Source of the DNA: Okamejei kenojei
Taxonomy: Eukaryota
Reading direction: 5' to 3'
NCBI GenBank assembly: GCA_035221665.1
Contig: CM069138.1
Coordinates: 73,532,001-73,596,000 of the forward strand
Length of the DNA stretch: 64,000 bases
Numbering within the stretch: the stretch's first letter is position 1; every line of letters starts with the position of its first letter. Position numbers and translations under genes: made by a program. Under the pieces are notes generated by a model. The model was given only the letters and a program-made list of their open reading frames with translations, did not search any database and was not told the DNA's origin. Below, piece after piece: positions 36,895-48,083 of this stretch.

Positions 36895-38049
36895 TTACCA
36901 TTGTGCTATCATGGTCTCAATTTCATATGTTCAACCAAAATGAACGAGCATTTTATTTACAGCCAGAAATTTCATTAGGAAACAGGGTGGTGTTAAAGCA
37001 GGTGTTGTTACTTCAAGTGAATATTTTGATCCCTATTCCAATTTTGTTCACGGCAGATTCAATTCATGTTAACCTTTTTCAATGCAACTTTTTATTCACT
37101 GGTGCAAATCATCAATTTTCTCTTCACATCCAAGTTGCCCATCCCTCTTCTGAATTATTGCTGTCATTGGCACTTGTTTTCTATATTTCTCCTAAATTGA
37201 CCCAATTCTTTGGAATTGTTCCTATTTTAAAAAAAAACCATTGAATTCCCCTTCCTTACATTTTCTTTTATAAATTTGTTAAATGAGATCATTCCTAGCC
37301 CTTAGCAGCAATACACTTTATATTTTTTTCCTAATGTGCATTTTCTTTGGAAAATTAGATATGAAACTAATACAACTATATTCCTGTACCATTACCTATA
37401 CGTACCAGAATTTTTACAAATCTGCTGAATAATTTAGTAAACATGCTATAAACAAGAAAGTATAATCTGTATAAAATATTGGTCCATGTGGTGTATATTT
37501 AAAAATTAGTTTTACTTCCTTCCACATTGCAGGCATGGTCACTACACGTTTAAATATTTTAGTTCGGGTGACCTCTAAAAAGAAGATTGCGTCATACTAA
37601 GAGTTTGGTGACACAGTGGAATTTAAATTTCACTGACATCAAAGACGAACTGCTGAGAACACCCAAGGTCAAAGCACAAAATTAGCAGACAACAAAGAGT
37701 GATCCATAAACTTTCAACACTAGGACCTCGAGCTATGAATTTAATTTCATTTGCTTGGATCGCAACATAATTTTAGCAGGCACAAATTGTTAGGATGTGT
37801 TGCTTAGGTTTCCAGTATCATTTTCAACAGTATTATTGTAACTAATCTTTCATCAGCTTGTACTTTCAGTAGCTCACAATGTGGGAGCAATAAAACAGAC
37901 AGCCGGCCAAAGATTCCATTGTTTTCAAAGTTTAAAAAATATACATTTCTGCGTGAAATATGATAAACTAGGGTTGCTGCCCAAACAATGTTAACATCAG
38001 TCTTCACACTCATTGTTGAATGCTCACATAAAAACAAACAAGCCCGTAC

Positions 38050-38244
38050 CTCAAAATCATTTGCTTTGTTGTAGTGCATGTTTAAGGCTCTGAAGAGTTC
38101 AGAGTCACGGGAGACAGTCAGCTCCTCCGTGCTTGTTGTTCCATCGTTAATAGACTGACGAGCAAACTTCTCCATCTGGATGTAGTAAAATTCTCGGAAA
38201 TTGCTGAACCACTTGATAAGCTGTGAGGTGATGCACCTATTAAA
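38050..38244 (-). CDS. PROX1: PROX1 coding exon 4 (195 nt, homeodomain C-terminal half and start of prospero domain)
   Basis: FNRCITSQLIKWFSNFREFYYIQMEKFARQSINDGTTSTEELTVSRDSELFRALNMHYNKANDFE, flanked by the ttggcAG acceptor and GTACGG donor; phase 0. Confidence 0.96.
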
Positions 38245-39679
38245 CTGCCAATCGAAAAATACAACAGGATGAGCAAATTCAGTTTCAATCAGCCACTATG
38301 CTTTAAGTTAATAACATTTAAAATAAAATATTATGTTCCATAATAAATCCAAAACTATTTTATGTGATCATACATATATACTACATCCACCGCAGATGTA
38401 TTGTGCAATAGAAACTGTATATGTCTCAAACTAAATGAAGTAACTTTGCTCTTCAATATATAACTATGATTAGTAGATCGATGCCAACCAACATTTAAAA
38501 AATACTTTGCACAATCTCTTCAGTTAATATATTCTTCCAGTTCAGCAGAATCAAATTTTTCCATAAACTCAATCCATCTTGGGAAAAGTTATTTAAAAAC
38601 TTTATTTTTCTTCTATATTAGCATGTATAAGATGCAACCATTATTCCACCCAATTGCAACAACGCAAAATCCGCACGAGAACTAAATCTTAAATGATGGA
38701 CTTCAAATGGATATGGTAAATTTTCAGCATTGTATAGGTTGGAATGAATATTTATAATCTTGGCTTCTTTTTCATTTCTGTAATGAAATAGTTTAGATGG
38801 GACTATAAAATTACACTTTTGTATATTAATTTCCCTTTCTTTTATTTTACCTAAACATCCGATTGTGGATAAGTAGAGCACCACAAGAAAGTGCAGAGAA
38901 ACAAACGTCCTTTCCTAATGGAAATATATATAGGACCCCAAGATACTTCTCTGTCAGACTTAAATAAGAAAAGGTCTGGAAGGACCACAGCCTTTTCAAC
39001 ATTTGGTTCTTTGTTTCAACAAAGGATGTCACCAAAAAAAAGGAGAGAGAAAAGCATACATAAATACTGTGGCTTTATATCAACAATCACAATCGTCTAA
39101 TTCCATACAAATAAAATCATCCGGGCAATCATGTTTCAAAGTGATGAAATGTTATTGGGTAAATTAACCCGTTGAACATCCCATTTTAATACAGCCATCA
39201 GCCTTAATGTTCCCTGTAACTGTTTCTCTAGTTTACAGGTATTGTAGTGAAAAAGACTACAATGAAGAGGTATGGACTTTGAGGGATTCTTTCTGTTTAA
39301 CTGAACTAGGTCAGGCACGAAGTCTTGGAAAAAAAAACAAATATCAGAGTCTGCAGTACCAATTGTGCATTAAAGTAATTGGCAATGCTACATTCCACTT
39401 TTGGATACAAACAGTATACAGCTGCTAAAAATTTAGATATTTAGTGCTTGTGAGAGGACAAATTTCTCCCCTCTGAGCTCCAAATTTTCATTTGCGTTCT
39501 GAGCTCAGCATGTGTGGAGAAGATGTTAAGAGAAAATTGTTGGGTACTTCCTCAGCAAAACATTCAACCATCCAAAAGGAGGTCCTCTCTCCCATAGGGA
39601 CCGATGATTTCAAATGCTGAGGTCACTACTTCAACCTCAATGAGATGGAGTGTATTAGGTTGACCCCAAGGAGAATTTA

Positions 39680-40012
39680 GGGCCTGTCCCAATTACGTGA
39701 CCTTTACAGGCGACTGCCAGCACCCGTGATAGGTTGCCGAATTTTTCAACATGTTGAAAATTCAACGGCGACCAGAAAGATGCTACATCTCTTTGGAGAC
39801 ATCTCTTAACCATAGGAGATCTCTCACGACCATACAGGCTGTCGCCGGGGTCGCCTGTATGGTCGCGAGAGGTCACCTGTGTGGTCGTGAGAGGTCTGCA
39901 ACGAGTCATAACGTCTTTCTGGTCGCCGCTGAATTTTCAACGTTGAAAATTTTGGCGACCTATCACGGGTGCCGGCAGTCGCCTGTAATGGTCGCGTAAG
40001 TGGGACAGGCCC
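39680..40012. mobile_element. Palindromic Harbinger-like MITE (333 bp)
   Basis: Termini GGGCCTGTCCCA...TGGGACAGGCCC. The arms are complementary over more than 100 bp, with TTA/TTT-type flanks and high CpG content. Confidence 0.8.
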
Positions 40013-42323
40013 TTTAGGATGCAAAAGGAGCCTGGTCGCCACCGGGCAAATTTCAAAAAGGAAGGCAAGGGGACATAAAAGTGTCAAAAAGTACTCCCGT
40101 CTCCCAAAATCTCTGACAAACAACCAAAAGGCACCCGCTGAGGAGAAGGCTCCAATTTTGCAATTGCAAATATTCTTGCTGTCTCAACTTCGAAGAACAC
40201 AACCATATAGCAAGGGTTGGACTGTTTCCAGTCTACCCATTTCATGAAGAAAACTAAAGCTTGCATATCCAAGCCATTAATTTCAAACTGAAAATTAATG
40301 TTTAGTAAAATAGTTATTGTACGTAAACTGACTAAGAACCTCTGCCTCTTCTCTGCCCCTCAATAACATTACCATTTATATTTCAAGAACTATTAAAAAA
40401 TGTTAAAGGTCAAGGCTTTAGAGCTACCTTGTATATTAGCCACAGCTGGCAACTGAAGTGACCAAAGTGGATGGTTTTCAAAGTAGTTATTCAAACCACT
40501 CTCGCTCCATAAAAGTGTCAAGGTCATGGACAATCTTCCAGACATAGCTATTGTCAAACTATTTGGAAGTTGGATTGCTCATGGTAGCTGACTTCAGACC
40601 TAGTTGCTTGATGACCCTGATCATTTATGGGGACCCACTAGTCTATAACAAATGTTGGCGTCCTCTCCAATAGGATTTCCTGTATGTTCAAGGTCAGCTA
40701 AATCTCTATTAGTCAAGTTAAAACCAGTAAATTTATACTGCCTGTACATCAGAAAGGCTTTTCTCAACATCGGCATCTATCATTTTTCTTCCCATTTACG
40801 GCACAAAGTGTGCATTAATCAAAAATCACAGTGAGCACTTATCAAGCACTTGCTCTGGCCACGAAGAGGGCTGCCTGCTTCTATCAAGCTGACAGTTAAT
40901 GGGTGTGTAATTACAAAGCAGAAAGTTGTTTCTATTCCAGTGAATTTAAGATAATGAAGTGAATGAAAATTCATGGCAGTGAAGGCTAAGTAACATGGAA
41001 ACAGAAGTGGAAGCTGGTGCAGCTCCTAAAGGCCAGCTTGCATCATAATTGCCTTCCAGTTGCAAGGGTCCTCACAGATAATTGACCAGAAAATGATTAA
41101 GTCATCATCAAATCACTCTGACTGCAAGAGTTCAAACATGTACTTAACCTATCCAAGAATTATATTTTCACTCTGTGTGTCTGTTCTGTCTCCATTCAGC
41201 CTTGCGGGGACCTGATTAAAAAGACAACTGAAGGACCCCATTATCTGATTTGCTGTTGATTTCAATAGAACTTAAACCCATTACTATTTGCTGAACTCTG
41301 AGTTCTTTCCATGTTATCTCTGCAGCAAAATACACTGTCCAAATTTCCAGACACTGAGATAAGAACTGCAGGCCCCATGACGACTACTGTTCCTTTTTAA
41401 TTCTTTTAGTATAAGAAACAAAACATAACAAAACGATAGCAGCCTGCGCACCCGGGAATGAAAATTGCTTTGACATGGAGATTAAGCTTCAGTATTGTCA
41501 CAAGACATTGTCTCCTACATGCAAGAATAGAGAAAAAAGAAAGGGTATTTTTTCTAGAATGGCCTGTAGATGACCTAATGGGACTACAAAAAAAAAAAAT
41601 AAGTCCACATGACAGTGTTTGGTAGAAGGGTATAAAGGGAGATTTAAAACCTATTGTTACAGAATTGAAATACCAGAGATGCACTGGCCAAAACAACAGA
41701 GCCACTCAAACATGAGGGCTCAGCATTTAAGACTTGTGTCACTTTTTGCTTATCAAACATTAACAGTTCCTGAATTAGTTTTTTTTTAAAACAAACATAG
41801 TAATCTTGATCTTTAAGGTTTTCGGTGGTGCATCACAAACAAGTGACAGGAACAAGAGAAGGCCTCTTCTTTTTGCAACCTAGCTGTTCCCGAGACGGAT
41901 TAATGCTTCCCGTGGGACATGTCCAATCCCAGTGTTTGCTGAAGAAACTTCCTAAATATTCAATGAGCACAGTCAAAAGACCCATAAAGAAAATCACTTT
42001 GACACCTTAATCTAGTTAGGCAGTGATCGACTAGTCAATGTTTGGGGGTTGGTGGGGTTGCGGTTGGCAGACAACAAGAGGGTAGGTAGAGAAAATTAGA
42101 TTTTTAATATATTGATGAAGTCCGCTCTGGGTGATCATGAGTGATTCTAAATATTTTGGTTATTTTAAGCAATAATATAAATCACATTACCTTATTAATA
42201 CAAAAATGGCTCTTTATTTAATTGTCTTAATCTTAAATGCTGTGCTGGTTCCGTTGCAAATAACTTCACCTTAGCAATTAAAATTTAACAGCAGTGTTGC
42301 AAAACATCCCAAATATATAACAT

Positions 42324-42507
42324 TTAAGAAGGAACTGCAGATGCTGGAAAATCAAAGGTAGACAAAAGTGCTGGAGAAACTCAGCGGGTGCAGCAGCATC
42401 TATGGAGCGAAGGCTGAAGAAGGGTTTCGGCCCGAAATGTTGCCTATTTCCTTCGCTCCATAGATGCTGCTGCACCAGCTGAGTTTCTCCAGCCCTTTTG
42501 TCTACCT
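42324..42507. mobile_element. Penelope-derived inverted (head-to-head) insertion
   Basis: 58-bp arms at 42356-42413 and 42450-42507 (2 mismatches) enclose CTGAAGAAGGGTTTCGGCCCGAAATGTT. Confidence 0.85.
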
Positions 42508-42639
42508 ACAAAATATATAGCAACTAGGTGCAGCATTAGTCATTCCAGTTGCCATTTCTGCTTGCGAAAAACTGATATAGAATAGGAACATTGTCCCATG
42601 TTGACTGAAGAAAATGCACATAACTGGAGTTTAAAAAAC

Positions 42640-43090
42640 ATAGAATTAGTGTGAACGGCTGATCAATGTTCAGCGTGGACTCTGTGGGCTGAAGTATGGT
42701 GTTTCCATGCTGCATCTTTCAATCAATTAAAATTAGGTATTTCTGCAACGTTATATAAAAATGTAAAAAAGGACATGCTAGTTGCAAAGAAGCCAGTCCT
42801 TCGAGAAGAGAATCCAACACCAGGAAGTGTAATCTCAGAATAAGCAATTGACTGTTTAATACTGAGGTTTTTTTTAAACAGAGGGTTGAAAATGGTTGGA
42901 ATTTCCAATATTGTGGATACATAAACATCAAGTATATTCAAGGCTGAATATACTCAATGACTGAATGCACTAAAGGAACAGAGGGATAGGGAGCTCAGGT
43001 GGGGATAGTGAATGATGCACAGAATCAGGGTTTGGAGTATTGAACCATAAAGTAGGTTCAAAGGGTTGTGAGCCCAATCTTGCTACTATT
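42640..43090 (+). mobile_element. SINE/CR1 tail and old CR1 3' fragment
   Basis: gtggactctgtgggctgaag...ccatgctgcatct, followed by agtccttcgagaagag...cacaccaggaagtgtaatctcagaataag...acagagggttg. Confidence 0.5.
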
Positions 43091-43097
43091 ACATAAA

Positions 43098-43320
43098 GAC
43101 ATAAGAGACTGCAGGTGCTGTAATCTGGAGCAAAACAATAACCACTGGGAAAACTCAGTGGATCAGGCAGCACCCATGAAGGCAAAAGGTTGATCAATGT
43201 TGTGGGTTGAAACCCTTTCATCTGGACCCATCCACCCACCATGGTGTCAGCCCACAACATTCATTTAGCCCATACCTCCTCCGATGCTGCGTGACGCGCT
43301 GAGCTCTTCCAGCAGTTTTG
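43098..43320 (-). mobile_element. Degenerate Penelope-like terminal repeat with a partial inversion
   Basis: Minus-strand ggtccagatgaaagggtttcaaccc... and plus-strand gatgctgcgtgacgcgctgagctcttccagcag. Confidence 0.55.
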
Positions 43321-46300
43321 ATATGCTCTTGCTAATGATATCTGCTTAGATAAATGGCTATATTGGCTAGAAATTGTTCAGAATCCAAGGGAATTAATTT
43401 CATAAACTGGGAAAATTCACTGTCTCTACCTCAACTTTCCCTTCAAACCCTGTGAAGCATTTCAAGGCATTTACATGAGAGACCAGTTGAAGCTCAGGAT
43501 TATTTTTTAAAATTGGTGATAAAGCCAGACCAAGTGATATTCGGTGCTGCAAGTAATAGGTTTCCAGGAATACAACAAATTAATTAATCCAGAAGCAAAC
43601 TTTCCATTACACTATCCTACGTAAGCCTGGCATTACATCAATATTGAAGTAATAAAAAGATGTCATTAAGGAAACTAAAAAAACTATTGGGTATTATGTT
43701 TTCTAATTATTTAAAAACATTCCACTGAATTCATTTTTGTGCAATAATAGTGATTGTATCAAGTACAGTCACTGGAGAATAATAAATAGTATTTGTCGTG
43801 GTTGTAAATTCACACCACCTCACCCCACTTCTGCATTACAATGCATGGTATTACCAGCAAAAATAAAATCATTTTAATTCTGGGGGAGCGAAGAGAGTGG
43901 TACATAATTGGACTAGAAATAACTCAAATGCATATTGGAAATTGCTAAGTAGCAGCAAGTCTGATAGCCACCCATAACTTCACTGCACCATACTTGTCTT
44001 AGAGTTCATCGTTAAGATTCACACACTTCATTTGGTGAGGAACTCCAAATATATAGCTGGCCATCATTCAACTACATGGAAGCTTACAATGACATCAATC
44101 CAAAGATAGGATTTTGTCTTGTATCAGAATCGTAAACTGTCCAATTAATGCATAGAAACAGTTGACCAAAGTTAAATCCATTTTAGACAGTGCATGTACC
44201 TCTTGTGGAAATAGGGTTCGGGAGTTAGATTTAACAGGAAAATTTAAATTAAATAAAATATGTTTTAACACAAGCTTCTGAAAAAAAGTTCCAGTGTTAT
44301 TTCCCTTTATGAAATCTTTGTCCACCCTTTTTAATTATCGTGTCAAAAGTTTACTTTTACAATTAGCTAATCTTTAGTGATCGAGGCATATTAAAATGAT
44401 AAAAATTGTAAGTATTCCTTCGAATATTAGGGCACACGTTCCTTCAATTGTTGAAGAAAAAAATGCCATTAAAACCTTCCATAAATAGATCTTCCTCGTA
44501 TACTTCAATCTACAAACTGGTTTTCAGATTTTTTTAAATGACCCCAGGCACATTTAATGGATCTTAAACCATGCAATCACAAGGTAGTTTTATATTATCA
44601 ATCTGCCATTGAGGGTTGCCCTGTGTGCCTGTCAACACTGATGGTGCATCAGAATATAAATGAACTTTGAATGTCACACTTCCATACGTCTCAAGTGTAG
44701 CTGTCGGAAGGATAGAAAACAAACAGATGTTCTTTTTGCCCTCTAAGAGGGAGAAGCAATGCATGTGCAGCAAAATTAGGAGGGCAATGTTTGGAATTGA
44801 CTGGTGTTCACATTTGTACATATTTTTTTCTCATTGTTAATGTTATCTATTTGCTCTCATTGTTAACATTAACTAATGAAATAACATTGTTATGTGGCTA
44901 TTAAAGTTGCCAGGGGTAAACGGGATGAAAAAGGTTGGGAACCCCTATTCTGGCCTTTCGGGTGATAAATACTGTTACTAGCACGGAACCACATCCACTG
45001 GTATCTTGTGATTTTCACTCTTAGATTAAAAGGCCTAGTTGGCCAACAATGCTGTTTATCACTTCCAGTGATGGCAATTTCAAATATGTAAAGTTTTCAC
45101 ATTTACATATGAACACCTGGTCTTATTGGTGATACCCCGCCATTAGAAAGATGGAAAGCAAAGCTCGCAGTTGAGGAAGGAGCTTACAGAGACCTTCCTT
45201 GTCAGGTCCACTATTTTAATACTCAATGTAAGAAAGCAAAAAATTATTCAATCCCCAAAATAAATTCAGAACAGTGACTATCACCTTTATTACTAATTTT
45301 CTTCAAATAGGCTGATAATCCAGCCATCTGTATGATAATTTTTAGGAAAATATCTACAACTGATGATAACTATTAGCAGTATAAACATTTATAACCTGTT
45401 AGTCTGTGAAAACCAGTGGAAATATCTTAATGGAACATGCTACTTTCTTGGAGGGGTGTGGGTGAACAAGGGGAAAAAACAGCCATAACCAAGAAAGACT
45501 GTAGGAAAAATTAAATGTGGATATAATGTTAAATTGAAGCATTAATAGCACTGTTACTTTAGACAGTTGTGGATTCAAGCCCTTTTTCCAGAATTTAAAC
45601 ACACATTCTTGGCTGATACTTGTTCAGTAAGTAATAATGCTGTTATAGTTGTCACTGGTGCAATTATCTGATTGACTAAAAGAAAAGGGATATTCAGAGG
45701 ATGTGAAAGGCTCTTGTCAATTGCTTGTCATTTCATTATTTCACTCCATAATTCTAAATTCTCTCTTTATTCCAGGTGTGTGTTGATAATCTAGCTTCCA
45801 GAGTGCATTTGCGGTAGTTATCTAATATGGGACGTGATTTAGCCCTAACAACTCCCAAAGTATAAATGGTATAAGTAGATATATTATGAAGATACATTTA
45901 GAAATATGCAATGTTTAAACATGAAATTGGTCTTAACATATATTTTGTTTTAGAGAAAGATTGATAAAAAAGTACATGAAATTATGAATGCCCATTAAAT
46001 GCCCTGTCAAAAACCTCAACCACATTAGTCTTCATGGAAGTAACCTGGAAGTTTAACCTTTGATTTAAATAAAACATCACTTAGTTGATATTGTGTCGTT
46101 GGCTTCTAAAATTTGGATCACATACAAAAACAGTTGTAATTTCCAACCCTAAATGAGACTTCTCATAATTAAGGTAAGGGGATACAATGAATGATCCACA
46201 AATTGTAATTATTCTTAACTAAGCATTAATAATCTTCACACTTTGTATCTTGATGAAGGACTGCTTTTGCAGTTTTCAGAGGGTTAAAGTAACTTAGTTA

Positions 46301-46323
46301 TGTACAGTCCAAAATCTGTACTT

Positions 46324-47041
46324 AATAAGCGAGTTCAGTATTCCGACCGTGCATGCCCAGGTCATACGTCACTCGCTATAAACATTCTCGGCAACTGTGG
46401 TGCTGCGTTATGTGCAGGCTTGCGTTTCGTCCGTGGTCTGTGTCGGGTCGTTGCTGAGTTGCTGCTAGGCTGTCCCCGTCCCCTCCCGGGGGTGGCCCTG
46501 GCAGCCCCAGACTTGCAGCCGGCACGAGGGGGGGGGGGGGGGGGGGGGGGAGACTGGCTCCAGCTCGGCTCTGCCTGTCCCGCCAGGATGGCAGGCAGCC
46601 CTGGACTATCCCGCCGGGTTGGCCAGCAGTCCAGGGCCAGCCCAGAGCGGTGGCAGCCCTGGACTTGCAGCCGGCGCAGGGGCGATGACTCTGGCTCTTG
46701 GCAGACGGGGACCCGGTGGTAAACAACGCTTGTGGTGCCGGGGACTCGGGTTCGATCCTGGCTGTGGATGAGGCGCGGGTCTGTGTGCGTGCAACTGCCG
46801 TGAATGTTTCTCCGCTGCTCCAGTCTCTCCCCCTCTATCTCGCTGTTACACCCCGCTCTCCCGCTACCTGGCACCCCTGTTCCAAAGATTAAATAGATTT
46901 TTACACATAAATATTGAATAAAGATAGGAATTTATACACAGTTTATATAGCCAGCGCTTTCTTCGCTTTTTCTTTATAGCAAGTGACCTTTGACCAATCC
47001 CATGATTCCTTGCGTTTTTCAGAATACTGAATTTGCTTATT
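46324..47041. mobile_element. Possible TIR-bounded GC-rich element
   Basis: aataagcgagttcagtattc (46324-46343) vs gaatactgaatttgcttatt (47022-47041), 18/20 inverted match. The interior is GC/CpG-rich with a GGTTCGATCC B-box. Confidence 0.45.
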
Positions 47042-47950
47042 CAACATGCACTTCTAATAAATTGGAACATCAATAAAAATGGAAACCACTCTCACGATTA
47101 GATTTTTTTTAACATTAAAAAAAATACATCAATGATACTGAACATGGTTATTAATATGCCACTTACAGCAAACCATGGGAAAATGTCAGCTGCAAAAGTC
47201 TTAAAAGCTCAGTAGGCAATAATTCTTTAAAGTTTGCCTAGTTTCTACATAATATTCTTAAAATTATAAAATGTGGAGTTTCACTTTATATTGACCGATA
47301 TCCAAACTACAGTTTATCACAACTGTGATGTTGTTCATACTCTGCAGGAATGTGTCTCATTGAATGTGCAACAATCATTAACAAGTAGGAAAAAATATTT
47401 CCAATCCGAGGGAGGGAAATGAGGATCTATCCATTCAGACGCTGTGTGAAGAAGACACTTCTGCTGAGCAATGTTTTACTGATTCTCCAAAATGACTAAA
47501 TGGAAAAACGACGAACCAATATTCCAGGTTTGATGAAAATTATCTGATGTAGTAGTTCCACAATGGTCTCAGACTGTTTTTATTAAGATAATTTCGAACA
47601 AACTAAAACTTAATATTCCAAGTGTTTATAACAAATTTAATAGTCATTCTGCAGGTGGCAGTGGGAGTTGGTCGAAGAACGACTAGTTCAAATCAGAAAA
47701 GCGAAACTGGAGATTAGGGGTAAATATACGAGGAGCAGAGGGAGGGTGCTGCTGCTATTGGACAGCCTTCATATTCTCATTTGAATAATGCGGACTGAAT
47801 CCGTCAGTTTACTCACCATCCCTGTGCTCAGTCTATAACTACATCAAGAACTATTTAAATAGTACATAGAAGACAAAAACCATCATTGTTTTTTTGTTCT
47901 TGTTGCAATAGGCGTGACCACAGAAAATGCAATAATCTCCTCAGACTTAC

Positions 47951-48058
47951 CTTCACGTCAGAGAAGAACATCTTCAGCATGTTTGAACTGGGGTACCGCG
48001 TGTAGAAGAACATCAGCTTCGCCTTTTTGAGGTGGTTGGGTGACAGTCCCTCCTGTAT
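47951..48058 (-). CDS. PROX1: PROX1 coding exon 3 (108 nt, start of the atypical prospero homeodomain)
   Basis: Read manually on the minus strand: [36 protein letters not shown]. Preceded by ...catAC and followed by GTAAGT; phase 0 at both ends. Not in the ORF track. Confidence 0.96.
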
Positions 48059-48072
48059 GTATGATGCTGAGC

Positions 48073-48083
48073 GTCAAGGAAAA
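48073..48083 (-). promoter_or_regulatory. U12 branch-point sequence TTTTCCTTGAC
   Basis: Matches the U12 consensus TTCCTTRAC. The A at 48074 lies about 15 nt from the terminal AC. Confidence 0.9.

Noticed and set aside
37804-38049. ORF extension VRACLFLCEH... after KANDFE
   Set aside because: Intronic read-through past the GTACGG donor with no Prox similarity.
44910-44946. hAT-like terminus aaaaaggttgggaacccct
   Set aside because: I could not find a convincing partner TIR or an 8-bp TSD.
46300-46892. GC-rich ORFs of 116-170 aa
   Set aside because: Stop-poor GC-rich repeat interior with a G homopolymer, open on both strands.
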